DNA from: Gekko japonicus
Taxonomy: Eukaryota
Reading direction: 5' to 3'
Assembly (NCBI RefSeq): GCF_001447785.1
Contig: NW_015174329.1
Span: forward strand, 124,001-188,000
Length of the DNA stretch: 64,000 nucleotides
Shown here: positions 36,884-48,422 of the stretch, piece by piece
How positions within the stretch are numbered: the first letter of the stretch is position 1
Layout of the letters: each line of letters opens with the position of its first letter
Translations under genes and position numbers: made by a program
Notes under the pieces: generated by a model
The model's database searches: none
What the model was told of the DNA's origin: nothing
The model's input: the letters and a program-made list of their open reading frames with translations, nothing else

Positions 36884-37694
36884 ACAGAATTAAGCTGTGC
36901 GAAGGGGCTGCGGGGTGAGGTCAGAGGATCATGCTTGCAACTCCAGCTGGCTACATAAGCAATGAGAAAAGGCATTTCCCCAACCCATACACAAGTGTTT
37001 GGTTTTATGTGAACCAGTGGGTCCTGCTCAATAGCTGGTAGACAGAATCTGTCTAGTAAAATCCTTATCCCACTCTTCCTTAACAGAGAGCAGAGCCTTT
37101 TCCTTCTTCCATTTTATCCTCACAGACACCATGGAAGGTCAGTTACAGGGAAGCCGTAGGACTGGGCCAAGGTCACCCAACAAGCTGCATGGCATTGTGG
37201 GATTTGAACCTGTTTTTCCAAGATCCTAGGCCAACACTCTTAACGACTGCCGTAAAGCACCCATAGCCTAGCCATCCCACCCATACAGGAATGTGTTCAG
37301 CTGACTGGGCAGTAGCTGTGGCCTCACAGCTCCACTCGCATACAATGTTCACAGGCACCCTGAAAACAAAGCAACAACCTTACTCCACACAGTCACATTG
37401 GCTCGATTACATACACTAAATATACTCGCTGCCCATCATCACTTTTTGTAAGCAACATCCACCAAGTGTTTATGTCACGTTGGTGTCTAAGTTGCACACA
37501 ATACCGGTGATGGAGGTGGTGAGAAATTGATGGGATGTTTTAAAACAGGGGCAGACTAGATTGCTTTTTGTCACTTTCACCATTCTGAAAGGTCTGAGAT
37601 ACTTTACAGACCCACTTGTAATAAATACATTTCTACACAACACTCTTGTAAATTTAATCCAGCACCATATAGTTCCAGGATAAGAAAAGGCCAG

Positions 37695-38103
37695 ATTGGG
37701 AATCTCCAACCTTTTCAAGCCTGTGGGAACCTTTGGAATTCTGACACAGGGTGGCGGTGGGGCAATTAAAAAACAGTGGCTGCAGGAAACGGAGTCAGCT
37801 ACAAAATGTCAGGGAGTGAAGTCATGATGCTTAACTCTCCTTGTAACTCTTCAGCATTTCAGGCAGAAGATCTGTTAAACAGGATACCTTTTAAAATGAA
37901 CGTATTTTTAAAAACAACTCTTCCATACAGAGTAACACAGCGAAAACCCTTGTGCTGTGGTGGCAACAGGTGCTGATGCAACTTTAAAAAGCTGCACAGC
38001 CAATCAGATCTCCAGTGGCTCTCCTGGACAAAAAAAACCCCCACCCGGCCCAGCCCACTTTGTGGGCACCAGGGTGCCTGTGGGCACAACGTAAGGGACC
38101 CCC
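37695..38103. mobile_element. Non-autonomous hAT-like element
   Basis: Degenerate ends ..tctccaaccttt / gggacccc. Confidence 0.5.
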
Positions 38104-38493
38104 TAAAGCCAGATGAACAGCTTTCAAACATGCCTATGATACAGTGATTTCAGATCACATTCCTAGAACATTGGGTACTATTAGCATGTTATGAATTATC
38201 AACATTATTTCCTGTCAGAATGTTTATTTAAAATATTCTAAATCACTTTTCACCCATACTGCAAGACTCAATTTGAAAGTACTATTTGATGAATCTCAGC
38301 ATTGGTAACTTTAATGACCACAGAGGTTCATAGTATTTGAGTACAAATTCCTGTATGAATATGATTTTAAAATAAACGGCCCACTTTTAGCATAGAGGCC
38401 TAGATCCTTTTTTGGGGTACAATTTTGATTCCACTACTTTTCCTTAATGTATGTTCTTTGGTATTTCTTTCAAGCACAGATGTAACATTGTAA

Positions 38494-38725
38494 GAGAGCC
38501 AGTTTGGTGTAGTGGTTAGAAGCGCGGACTCTAATCTGGGAGAACCAGGTTTGATTCCCCACTCTTCCACATGCAGCTCCTGGTGTGACCTTGGGTCAGT
38601 CACAAATTCTTTCAGAGCTGTACTCTCATAAGCAGTCCTCAAAAGAGCATTCTCAGCCCCACCTATCTCACAGGGTGTCTGTTGTGGGGAGGGGAAGGGA
38701 AAGGCGATTGTAAACTACTGAGACT
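38494..38725 (+). mobile_element. Squam3-like tRNA-derived SINE
   Basis: Head gagagccagtttggtgtagtggtta..ggtttgattcccc. Confidence 0.75.
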
Positions 38726-39199
38726 CCTCCTTCTCTTCTGTAATGTTGGTGTAAATCATTACTCTACTTCATTACAATTATTTCAGCTTTAGCCCATAAT
38801 AAATAAAAACAGGTTGCTTACCTGTAATTGATGATTTTCGACTGGTCATCTGTGCATTCACGCCCTGGGATACAGTACACCTGCGCCGACCCCAATCGGT
38901 ATTGTAGAAAGCTAAAGGGATTTTTGCGCCCACTCCCCCGTCACGTGCCGGGCTCAGAGCACATGACTAGGGGAGGGGCACGACTATCCTGCCATTTCCT
39001 TCTGACTGCTGCCCTCAGTCACAAAGCAAAAGGAAAGGAACAAAAGCAGAGGGGAAGGAGGGCGGGTGGTGTGAATGCACAGATGACCACTCAAAGATAA
39101 TCAGTTACAGGTAAGCAACCTGTTTATCTTCTTTGTGGTCTCTGTGCATCACACCCTGGGAGACTAGAAAGCAATAACCACCTACCTGAAGGAGGGTGC

Positions 39200-40275
39200 T
39201 GAAGGTCCTAGACATGCACCGCCTGCAACACAGCCCGTCCCACCATCATACTCTGATGAAAACGAACGTCTAGGCTAGGGTGTAGTGCTTCACAAACATG
39301 TGAGGAGTAGCCTAGGTCGCCGCATTGCAGATGTCACCAAGTGACGCACCTTGCAGGAAGGCCATGGATGTCACAATTTGTTGGGTGATAGTGAGATATT
39401 GAAAAATTGGTATTTACCAGAGATCAGTTAGTCCAGGAGTGCCAGAGTAAAATAATTCAGACTGAGAGTCCATGTGTGATTAAAATATAAAGTTCTTACT
39501 AAATTCTAGCACGGGAAGGGTAACTGGGATGAAAATAACAACAGAGCATAATCGGCTACATCCTTACTCTACAAAGACAAAACTAGAAGAGAGAGATTAT
39601 GGCTACTCTTCTTCAGAACACCAAACAAAGATGGGAAGAGAAGCCATAAAATGGTAATACACCTTGACACTTTAGTCCCAATCAAATTTCTAGATCAGGG
39701 AGAAAATTCCAGGGCTTTCTACAGCTAAAGAACATTGGAAACATGTGACTTCCTGTAAGTAACATAAACAAACATTTAACCCCAGATATACTGAGTGTTT
39801 TCAACTTGTAAGACCTAACACAATTGCCTGGGTGGAATGTGCTCGTATCGGACCCGGGAGCGGCTTCTTAGCGAGCAGATAGCCAAGTTTGATCGTCTCC
39901 ATGATCCATTTGCAGAGACACTGATAGAATAACTTCTTCCCTTGTGAAGGTAATGCATGAGAGACGAACAGAGCTGGGGTCTTTCTGAAAGGCCGCGTTC
40001 CGTCCAGGTAGAAGAGCAAAGCCCTCTTGACATCTAGGGAGTGAAGACAACGTCCTTCTCTCCATGGCGTTGGAAAGAACACAGGGAGAACAATGTCCGC
40101 TTGGAGATGGAACTCCGAAACTACCTTGGGCAGAAAGGAGACATCTGGGGCCAAGGTAACACCATCATTATGAAACGTCAGGTACAGAGAGTCACACCTG
40201 AGCGCTAACAATTCACTCACACTCCTGGCTGAGGTAATTGCTACCAGGAAGGCAGTCTGCCAGGAGAGGGATCTA
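39200..40275 (-). pseudogene. DIRS tyrosine recombinase remnant, interrupted by a solo LTR
   Basis: SELLAL..FLPKVVSEFH..LHSLDVKRALLFYL..RAHSTQA; continues past the LTR as SMAF..DICNAAT*..FVKHY. Confidence 0.9.
39379..39820 (-). mobile_element. Copia solo LTR
   Basis: TG..CA; 5-bp TSD CAATT; homologous to LTR 24993-25385. Confidence 0.93.
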
Positions 40276-41489
40276 AAGAGTGTGATCAGACAGGAACATC
40301 TGGGAAGCGTCCTGCAGTCGTCGGCAACCCATGCTGCTCCACTATGGAAGCGGAGTTAAAAGATACCAGGGAAAGTCCAGTAGTAAATGGGTTCCGCCGA
40401 CAGGCCATGGACAGACTTTCCCCGTCTGATCATGCAAGCGCGCTCTCGTGCTGTCAGGGTGGTCTGATCAGGCCATTCCGGCTTGGTTCCATTCTCCCCT
40501 CCCTCCCTCAAAGTATGTGCATCATCGCATACTCCATAGGGGACCCTCAATGCTGAGGTGCGATTCCTCACTTATGTGCAAGGGAAACGGCCAAAACCCC
40601 ACAAACGACTTACCTGCAGTTGCATCTGATCACACAGTGACAGGCTGTGCCTGCAGCTACAAAGGGATGTGTGATCACGCAACTGTGTGTCAATTTCCTC
40701 CAGAGGAGACAGCCTCGCTTCCCCTCCGCTCCAACTGGCTCGTGTAACCGCAGCCAAACTGGAGGCCTGTGAAGAAGTGTGTTTGCGTGGGGAGGACAAT
40801 TTGGAAATCCCACCCCACAAATCTCTTCCTTCAGGATTCTATAAACTCACAGGAACACCAGCAAGCTAACGTCTGCTCTCTCATTTGCCTCACAACTGAT
40901 TCAACCGCACTATACGATCCATGCCTCTTGGAACATACCAGACTGCTTTTGCCACCTCCCCCTTTCCTCTGGTTACTTTTTTTTTTTTGCACGCTGGGGA
41001 AGTTCTGCCCCTGTAGAGCACCCTAGCTTGTTTAAAGGTGGCCTTGTTTTGTTGCTTTAGACACTATAAAAGGGGCTAGCCACTGTACTAGCGGTGTCTG
41101 AATGAAGAATGCCAAATCACACAAAGCTTACTTTTAGGTTTTGATTTAAGACTTACTTTATATTTGACCATGTACAAGGCATCTGTTAATCTGCTCATAC
41201 CAGGATGTTCTTTTCCAATCTAAAAATTTAAAATGACAAAAGAGATGTATTAAGAAAGTAGATTCTTGTAACCATGACAGTCACAGCAGATAGCTGGTCA
41301 GCTTGTGCACCCAGATGAACAGTAAAAGTACACAGCTACAGTTTACTTGAATATTTTGATGACATTGCTGGCTTGTGTAGTAGAGGTGCCAAGAGCCAGT
41401 GCTAGGATCCAAAAGGATGCTGGTTCAAATCTCATCTCAGCCAGTTTTGGTGCCAATTCACTAGGTGGTCTTAGACAGGCCATCCAGTA

Positions 41490-41655
41490 GAGTCTTCAAG
41501 GCAAGAGACGAACAGAGGTGGTTTGCCATTGCCTGCTTCTGCAGAGCAATCCCAGGCTTCTTTGGGGGTCTCCCATCCAAATCCTTACCAGGGCTGACTC
41601 TGCTTAGCTTCCAAGATATGATGAGATCAGACTAGCCTGTGCTGTCCAAGTCAGG
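41490..41655 (-). mobile_element. 5S rRNA-derived SINE
   Basis: Reverse complement of gatctc..ttggaagctaagcag..ttggatgggagacc. Confidence 0.7.
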
Positions 41656-41854
41656 ACAGTCCCCTCTGTAGTATATCACCAGCCTACCTTACAAGGATTG
41701 CTGTGATGATGTACCAAGTGCTATTTATATGCTTAGTCTTGTTAGGCATCTTATTTCCCCACAAGTCCCACTTCCTAAACCTGTCCTTGGGATCTTAAAC
41801 AGTGGAAAATGTAACACCTCTCTAAGCAGAAGTGACTACTCCTGCGACTCTTAC

Positions 41855-41950
41855 CTCTAAGAAAACACCGACCACTGCTAAGCCATCTGGAGCCTCCACC
41901 GCCTCTCCAAAAGTTCTATATTTCCTGGCGTTCCAGTGAACTAAGTGGAG
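41855..41950 (-). pseudogene. CA7: Orphan carbonic anhydrase exon (CA7-like, 96 nt) with intact splice sites
   Basis: [32 protein letters not shown]; tcttcaccag acceptor, gtaaga donor; no other CA exon recognised in the window. Confidence 0.85.
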
Positions 41951-42584
41951 CTGGTGAAGAGAGTTATACATCATTACTGTAAATGTTAGCTGACAAGGGC
42001 AAAGCTGATTACGTTCAGTAAGCAATAAAGGCGGCCAACGCTTGGCTTTGCTGAGAACCGTAAAGCTGCCAGACATTCTGGGAAGCTGATGAAGCTCAGG
42101 AAGCCTGCAAACAGCTGTTGCTTTGTTGAATCAATCAGCAAGGATGGTAAACACAAAAGAAAACTCCCGTTTCAGACCCAGGTTCATCAACCCATCATGC
42201 CAGAACTCACCAGGGTTTTAGAACCAAAGCCTTGGATCCATTCTGCAATACAGCAGAATAGCATACAGTACGACGCCACTTCCTATCAAATGGTTTCATT
42301 ATAGCATTCTTTACCTGATGTGCAATTTTTATTGTAAAAGAGCAAAAAAGTACATCTGTCTGTGCTGTTTTTTCGGCCAATGACAGCTGTATATTCTTAG
42401 CTAGCACAGAGGGCCAATCAGTGCTCTCCTACACCAGTTGAGTAACACCTTAGCTTATCCTCCTGGGAGTAGCTCCTCTAACTGTCTTCCACCACTGTCA
42501 TAAAGGAGCAATAACAACAATGCTCAGCTTTGCAGCAGGCTCTCACCTAATGTGCCTTTCACTCAGCTAAAATATCCAACATAA

Positions 42585-42613
42585 GGTTATGGGCCCAGCA
42601 CGCTTCTGCTGCG
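42585..42613 (-). other. Copy of initiator tRNA-Met 5' half (nt 11-39) following an LTR-like end (..TATCCAACA)
   Basis: GGTTATGGGCCCAGCACGCTTCTGCTGCG is 28/29 complementary to vertebrate tRNA-iMet. Confidence 0.85.
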
Positions 42614-42779
42614 TGTTTTATTTGTGAAAATAGAGTTCGGCTACAACTGCCTGCTGATACCTTTCCTGGCACCTGCCAAGTGCTTTTAGAAAGTGGGAGG
42701 GGCTAGGTGGGTATTTGCCCAGCAGGGCATCTGACTGGCTGGGCAGATTAAAAGGCATCCTGTTAACAGAACTTCTGCC

Positions 42780-44792
42780 TGGAACGCCAAAGAGTGAGGA
42801 TTTAAACGAAGGCTTGCGAGACCACGATTTATTCCAGGACTTTCCTCTAGATTGCTTGGAAGTCGCTGTGACTCCCAAATTGCGAGATGTTTTAAGACTT
42901 TTGGCGAGGTCCTGGAGGATGGAATCAGTCGTAGAGCTGAAGAGCCCATCACCCTCAAAGGGAAGATCTTCAGTGATTGACTTAGTGACCTGCTGCAAGG
43001 CTGTGGCACGTAGCCAGGCATGGCGTCATAAAGCAACAGCAGAAGTGAGGGTCTTAGATGCCACATCTAAACTGTGTTTGGCAGCATTAAGCTGATGTTT
43101 GGCCACTAGCATACCTTCCTTTTGTATGCATCTAGCTTGGCGGTTGTAATCCTCAGGGAATTCCTCTGCAAGGAATTCTGACATTTGCTCCCAAAGAGCA
43201 TACTGGTATCTGCCTATACAGGTCATGTAATTAGAAGCTTTGGTGCCCAGTGCTCCAGCAGAATAAAATTTCCTGCCAAACAAGTCCAGCTTCCTGCCTT
43301 CTTTTTCAGATGGGGTGGAGTGGCTGCGTTTCCCCTTTGAAGAGGAGGTGACAATCACCAAATTAGGCTTATGATGAATGAATAAAAATTCAGCTCCCAT
43401 TTATTGAACTTTATACATATGGTCCATCCTCCTGTTGGAGATGGGAACATAGGCGGGGTGTGCCCAGGGGGCTTTAGCGGTTTGTAAAAGGACAGACATC
43501 ATAGGTAGGGCGATCGCAGTTGAAGTGTCCATCTGGACGATGTCGAAGACGGAGTCGGTAATGACGGGTAAAGGTTGGGTAGTCGGAAGTGCCAGTGTGT
43601 TGGTCATTCGTTTAACAAAGTCCCCATAAGACTTAACGTCTTCCAATGGAGATATAGGAAGATCATCCTCCACCTGTTGGGGAAACTGTTCAAGCTGAAC
43701 GGGAACATCCTCATCACCAGAATGGGCGTCCTCAGAAGAGCCAGAGCGCTCTGAAGGATCAGAGAACAGCACCGGGCAAATCGGTGTCGATTGTATCGGT
43801 TCCGACTGGTCCTTGGACTGTGTAGGTATTGATGGCGTAGGTTTGCACGGCTTGTTCATCAGTACCGAGAGTTGTGGTTTTGCAAACTCCAGTGTCGAAG
43901 GAACTTCTCAATATCGAGACAGCCTGGATGAAGTCGACTGTCGATCCCAAACCATGGGTGGTTGTGGGGGAAGCCAGGGGATGCCCCCAGGGAACGGGTA
44001 CACCCCATACAAGTATTGCCACTGACATCAGTCCCAGGAGGGAGGTTGGAGCTCTCTGGGTGATCGATCCCGATCATCAGAGTCCTGCTGGGGTGGGTGA
44101 ACCCTATCCACTCCCTGGTCAGAGTGTAGACTATGAAGACTCGGAAAGTAGGAGATTTGTGTCAGGTCCATATCATGCTCAGAGTCCGTGAGCTGAATGG
44201 GATGTAAGGAGGGTGAAGAAGGTGCACCCAGTAGCTGCCCACGGCCTGAGGAGTCAAGCGAAGCAGCTGCATCTGCTTTCATCCGCGCCATCCGGCGTTT
44301 GGGGTGTCAGAGACTTGGCAGAGGAGCCCTTCTTATGCTTCTTGTGCTTGACAGGCTGATTGTCCTTGCCCACCCGGGTTTTCTTCGCGGGTATATGGGC
44401 TGAGGACTGCAAAGCTGGGATTGGGCGTTTCAGCACCGAGCGATCGGCATCGGGTGGGCTCGGCGTCGGAGACCATTCTGGCATCGACCCCGACACTGGG
44501 GCCAACATAGAGGCGTGTTCCGATGTCTCCTGTGATGACACCATAGGTGAAAGAGCCCGTTCGAGTAGTGCCACATGAAGTCTAGCCGCCCGATTATTCC
44601 TCGTTTGCCAGGAGAATTTGGCACAGTGGGCGCAGGAGTCAATTCAGTGCGATTCCCCAAGGCACAATAATCAAAGGGACTGTCCGTCTGGGGAGGCAAT
44701 CTTACTGCCGTACTTCCAGCACCGCCGAAAGAAACCCCATTTGACCACAGGCCGGAAAAAGGGGGGGTAGAAAAGTCTGCTGAAGCAGACAA
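42780..44792 (-). pseudogene. DIRS ORF1 (gag-like) remnant with stops and frameshifts
   Basis: KEGRKLDLFGRKFYS..., EDLPFEGDGLFS are typical of vertebrate DIRS ORF1. Confidence 0.85.
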
Positions 44793-45164
44793 CGAAGATA
44801 AACATTCTTATCTATCTAAACTACGACTAAAACTAGCTAACTACAAATTTTAGAAAGAGAAAGGAGGCTGAAGTCAAGTCCTTTTTTACCGACTGAGGTG
44901 TAGAAGGTCCTACCAGCGCGGCAGTCAGAAGAGAACTGGCGGGATAGTCGTGTCCCTCCCCTAGTCATGTGCTTTGAGCCTGGCACATGACAGGGGAGCG
45001 AGCGCGAAAATCCCTTTAGCTTTCTACAATACCAATTGGGGTCGGCACAGGCGCACTATATCCCAGGATGGGATGCACAGAGACCACGAGGAAGATAAAC
45101 ATGTTTTAAATGCACTAACATACTATTGCTAACCTTTTACAGAATCCTCATTTTCTGCATTTAT

Positions 45165-46192
45165 ACCTGACCTGGATCGCCCAGGCCAGCCCAGATTCAT
45201 CAGATCTTGGAAGCTAAAACGGGTCAGCTTAGTATTTGGATGGGAGACTCTAGCCCAGAGGTACTGCCTTGCTCACGGGTAGCCCCAACAGTGGAGCACC
45301 CCACTTCCGACCTGAACCAGAGACCCACAAAGTCAGGCCAAGAAGGACACTTCTGACCTGAGGCAGAGTTAGCCAAAGCTCTGCAAAAGGGTTTCCATTT
45401 CAGGGTGCAGAAGGCAGCCCTCGAAGCTATCTCCAGTCCCCCTCCACCCAGCAAAGATATGCATATGAAATAACAATGAGTTCCTCTAGGTGAAGTATCT
45501 GCATTTCCATAGGTATTCAGTAGCCACCTGAGGAATAGTTCTTGTCTCCAAACCTTCACATAGCCCTTTTATGTGATACCTATGTCTATGTAGAAATCCT
45601 TCTGTCTCCACACCTGTCCTTCCTGCCCCCTCCCACAGGATACTGAAATAAACCAAACATCAAAATTATTAACGATCCTTCCTGACGCCAATCAGGGACC
45701 CATTTCCCGCTTTCCTCTAAACCTAGGAACCTATTCAACCTACCCTGGTTGGACCATCAGTGGTAATAAAATCCATTCAGCTAGACCATTAACGGGTATT
45801 AATCCCATCAAGTTCTGGCTCCGGAGATCACACCCAGAATTCCTATAAAAATAGAGAGCATGATCTGCCTCAGTGTACACTCTGAGGGCACCTATACTTG
45901 AGTACACCCCCAAATCTCCTCTTTGGGCCTCCTTCTCATAGCGTGAAACATTGGCTGTTTGTGCTCTCTACTACAGACTTCTGCATGTCTGGACAGGTAA
46001 TATAATCGCTGTTAATTGCTGCCAAAAATTGCTATCACCTTTTTGTTTCTTAGTTCTGAATTGCATGCTCTTTCTTGACTGCTTAGTGAGATTGTAATTA
46101 GGGAAATTCTTTAGGAAGCTCAGGGTCACTACACAAAGGCAGGCAACGACAAACCAGTCTGGAGCATCTCTTGCCTTGAAAACCCTAAGGGA
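45165..46192 (+). mobile_element. 5S-derived SINE split by an ~850-bp LTR-like insertion (~45263-46117)
   Basis: 5S-like head at 45165-45255; SINE body resumes ~46118; the insert contains TATAAAA at 45844. Confidence 0.5.
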
Positions 46193-47149
46193 CCAAAATT
46201 CAACTACTTATTGAAAGTATTAGCGATTGGATCTTATACCTTCCTGCTTGCACTCCTCTTTGTTCACTGCTGGTCACCATCTGCCACGAAGCACATACCC
46301 CTCTCTGATGGTAGGTACTTTTGCTGAAGGGACACCAGTGTCTTTCACATAAAGCCCAAATATACCTAGCATGAGAGGAATGCATGACACAGCAAAGGAG
46401 CAGCTTTGCAATGGTCAAAGAAGAATGTGAGTGTAAAGAAGATACAGGATCTACGCCTAGAACTAGATACAGTATTACCTTTTCAGCACACCTGTTGCAC
46501 TCATGTTAGGGTTGCAAATTCTAATTTAAAATGTATACAATGGCATGTCAAAACCCCTGATGGATTCCAGATTTTTCTGTTATGTTAAGCCTTAATTCAT
46601 TACATCCAGTAAAATTTTATATAACTTCATTTATACCTTGCCTTTATCTCCATTAGAGTCCCAAAGCAGCTTACATCATTCTCTTCTCCTGTATTTTATT
46701 TTCATTTGTAAATGGTAGAAAGATACACACTTGCCTGGTTTCTCAAAGCCAAACAGAATGCTTAAGGGAAGTCAATTTCCTTTCAGCCATTTAAGTTGCT
46801 TTATAGTAACTCATTTTAAGCAACTATGAGCTGCGATACAAGATGTAAGCTATACCATAAAATCATGAACCCAATATTTAACAGTACAGTGTTCTAAGAA
46901 CAGATCAGTTTCAATATAGAAATAAGGTAAAAACTTAGGTTTAAGAGAAACCTTGCATTTCACATGTTTGTTACAAGGTAAGAACAGCCGGGCACATTTT
47001 ATTAATTTATACAACAAAGTGCTAAAGCATTTAAACACACAAAACAAAAAAGATACAGTGCAGCAGTTTATGGAATGTTTCCCTTTTATCATAATCAGAA
47101 ACAGAACAGGCAGAGTTCCTCAACTGTGCTTCATGATCAAATTTGTAAC

Positions 47150-47596
47150 AAGGAATTTTATTTGAAATGCATAAGGAGCAGAGCTGTAAACTGAAGCACA
47201 TTGTTCTAATGCTTGGTTAGATGCAAGTTTTTAAAAGTACATCTTAACCCCTCAGACGGGGCAAGCATGGACATTTCATCTCTCTCAAATAAATGCAAAA
47301 GTAAACACTAAAAAGCATGGACTGGCTTCATATTTTATGCCTATATTAAACTGACTGGCCACTTAAGAGTTTAAGAACACATAAAATGTGACACACAGGT
47401 ACAAAATAATGTGATAACCAAGCCATTGTACTAAGCAACTGGATCACCTGGACTGAAACTGAACTCTTTCCATATTTTACTGCCAAAACAGGGTTGTTGT
47501 TTTTTAAAAAATAGTCACTGGCTTCTCTTGATTTTACTGAACCATAAGAAAGTTTTAAGTTCTAGTATGAGCTAGTTGTCTCTAAAACAACAAAGG
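47150..47596 (-). other. STIL: STIL 3' UTR with candidate AATAAA at 47162-47157
   Basis: Downstream of the STIL stop; alternative signal near 47000. Confidence 0.5.
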
Positions 47597-48422
47597 TCAG
47601 AATAACTTTGGTAGCTGTCTGAGCTGCTGGACATCCAGAAATGTACCTACTGAATTCATATTGTCAGCATGGCTTAAATGATCAAGAATGGGAGTCTGTA
47701 GAGCTTCAGGTACAACTGAAACATCTAGGTTCTCCTTGTCAGGATGCTGTGTAAACTCTGTTTTGCCAGGAAGAAGTTTAGTTTTTGCCTTTAATTCTTT
47801 CAGAAATGGAACTGAACTTTCATTGGATTGCTGCAGGATTCTGAGTGGAAGGACTGCATTTGTAATATGTTTTAACACAAGGCCCTCTGAATTTGACAGA
47901 TGACTGCTAAGCAGCTCGCTTTCACACTGCACTGGATTAGGAGGAAGTTGTCTTTCACTAGCTCTTTCAGATGGATGTTTCCAGTGGGAAAAGTTCTCCA
48001 AGACAGGACTGATACCTAGCTGTAGAACGGGCCCTAAGGCGTCTCCTCTCCTATGGCAGTCAGTCTGCTGCTCCTCTTCATCATCACTACTATCAGTGCT
48101 TTGTAGGAGTCCATACCTCTTCATATACTTCTTGGTTGCAAAAGACATGTTAGTTGGTGATATTAAGTTAAAGCCAACTAAACTCTTGTCTGTATTATTA
48201 TGTAGGAGGGTCTGTAGTGACAAATCCATAGCATTCCTTTGGCTTGAACGACTCAGAGAAAGCTGGGACAGTTGACTTTCATTCAAGTACTTGAGGGCAA
48301 TAGCATTTGCCTCCATACTCAGATCTACTCCATTGGGAGTTAAGCCACTCATACCAACATTAGCAAAAGAGATGTAGTTGAGGCCAGGGACTACTGCTTC
48401 AGGGTTAATGCAGGCCAATATA
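47597..48422 (-). CDS. STIL: STIL last coding exon (STAN domain, C-terminus)
   Basis: DLSMEANAIALKYLNESQLSQLS..NMSFATKKYMKRYGL..LRQLPKLF*; acceptor cttacag. Confidence 0.97.

Larger units (their letters stand above)
38807..45099 (-). mobile_element. DIRS1-type tyrosine-recombinase retrotransposon, defective
   Basis: Inverted terminal repeats ~38855-39011 / ~44918-45080; internal complementary region 39070-39161 matching both termini; YR and ORF1 remnants. Confidence 0.93.

Noticed and set aside
41822-42076. Functional carbonic anhydrase gene
   Set aside because: Only one exon is recognisable in the window
42585-42613. Functional tRNA-Met gene
   Set aside because: Only nt 11-39 are present; no acceptor stem or T arm
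45185-45250. 5S rRNA gene
   Set aside because: Degenerate partial match followed by a SINE body; related copies at 41490 and 53126
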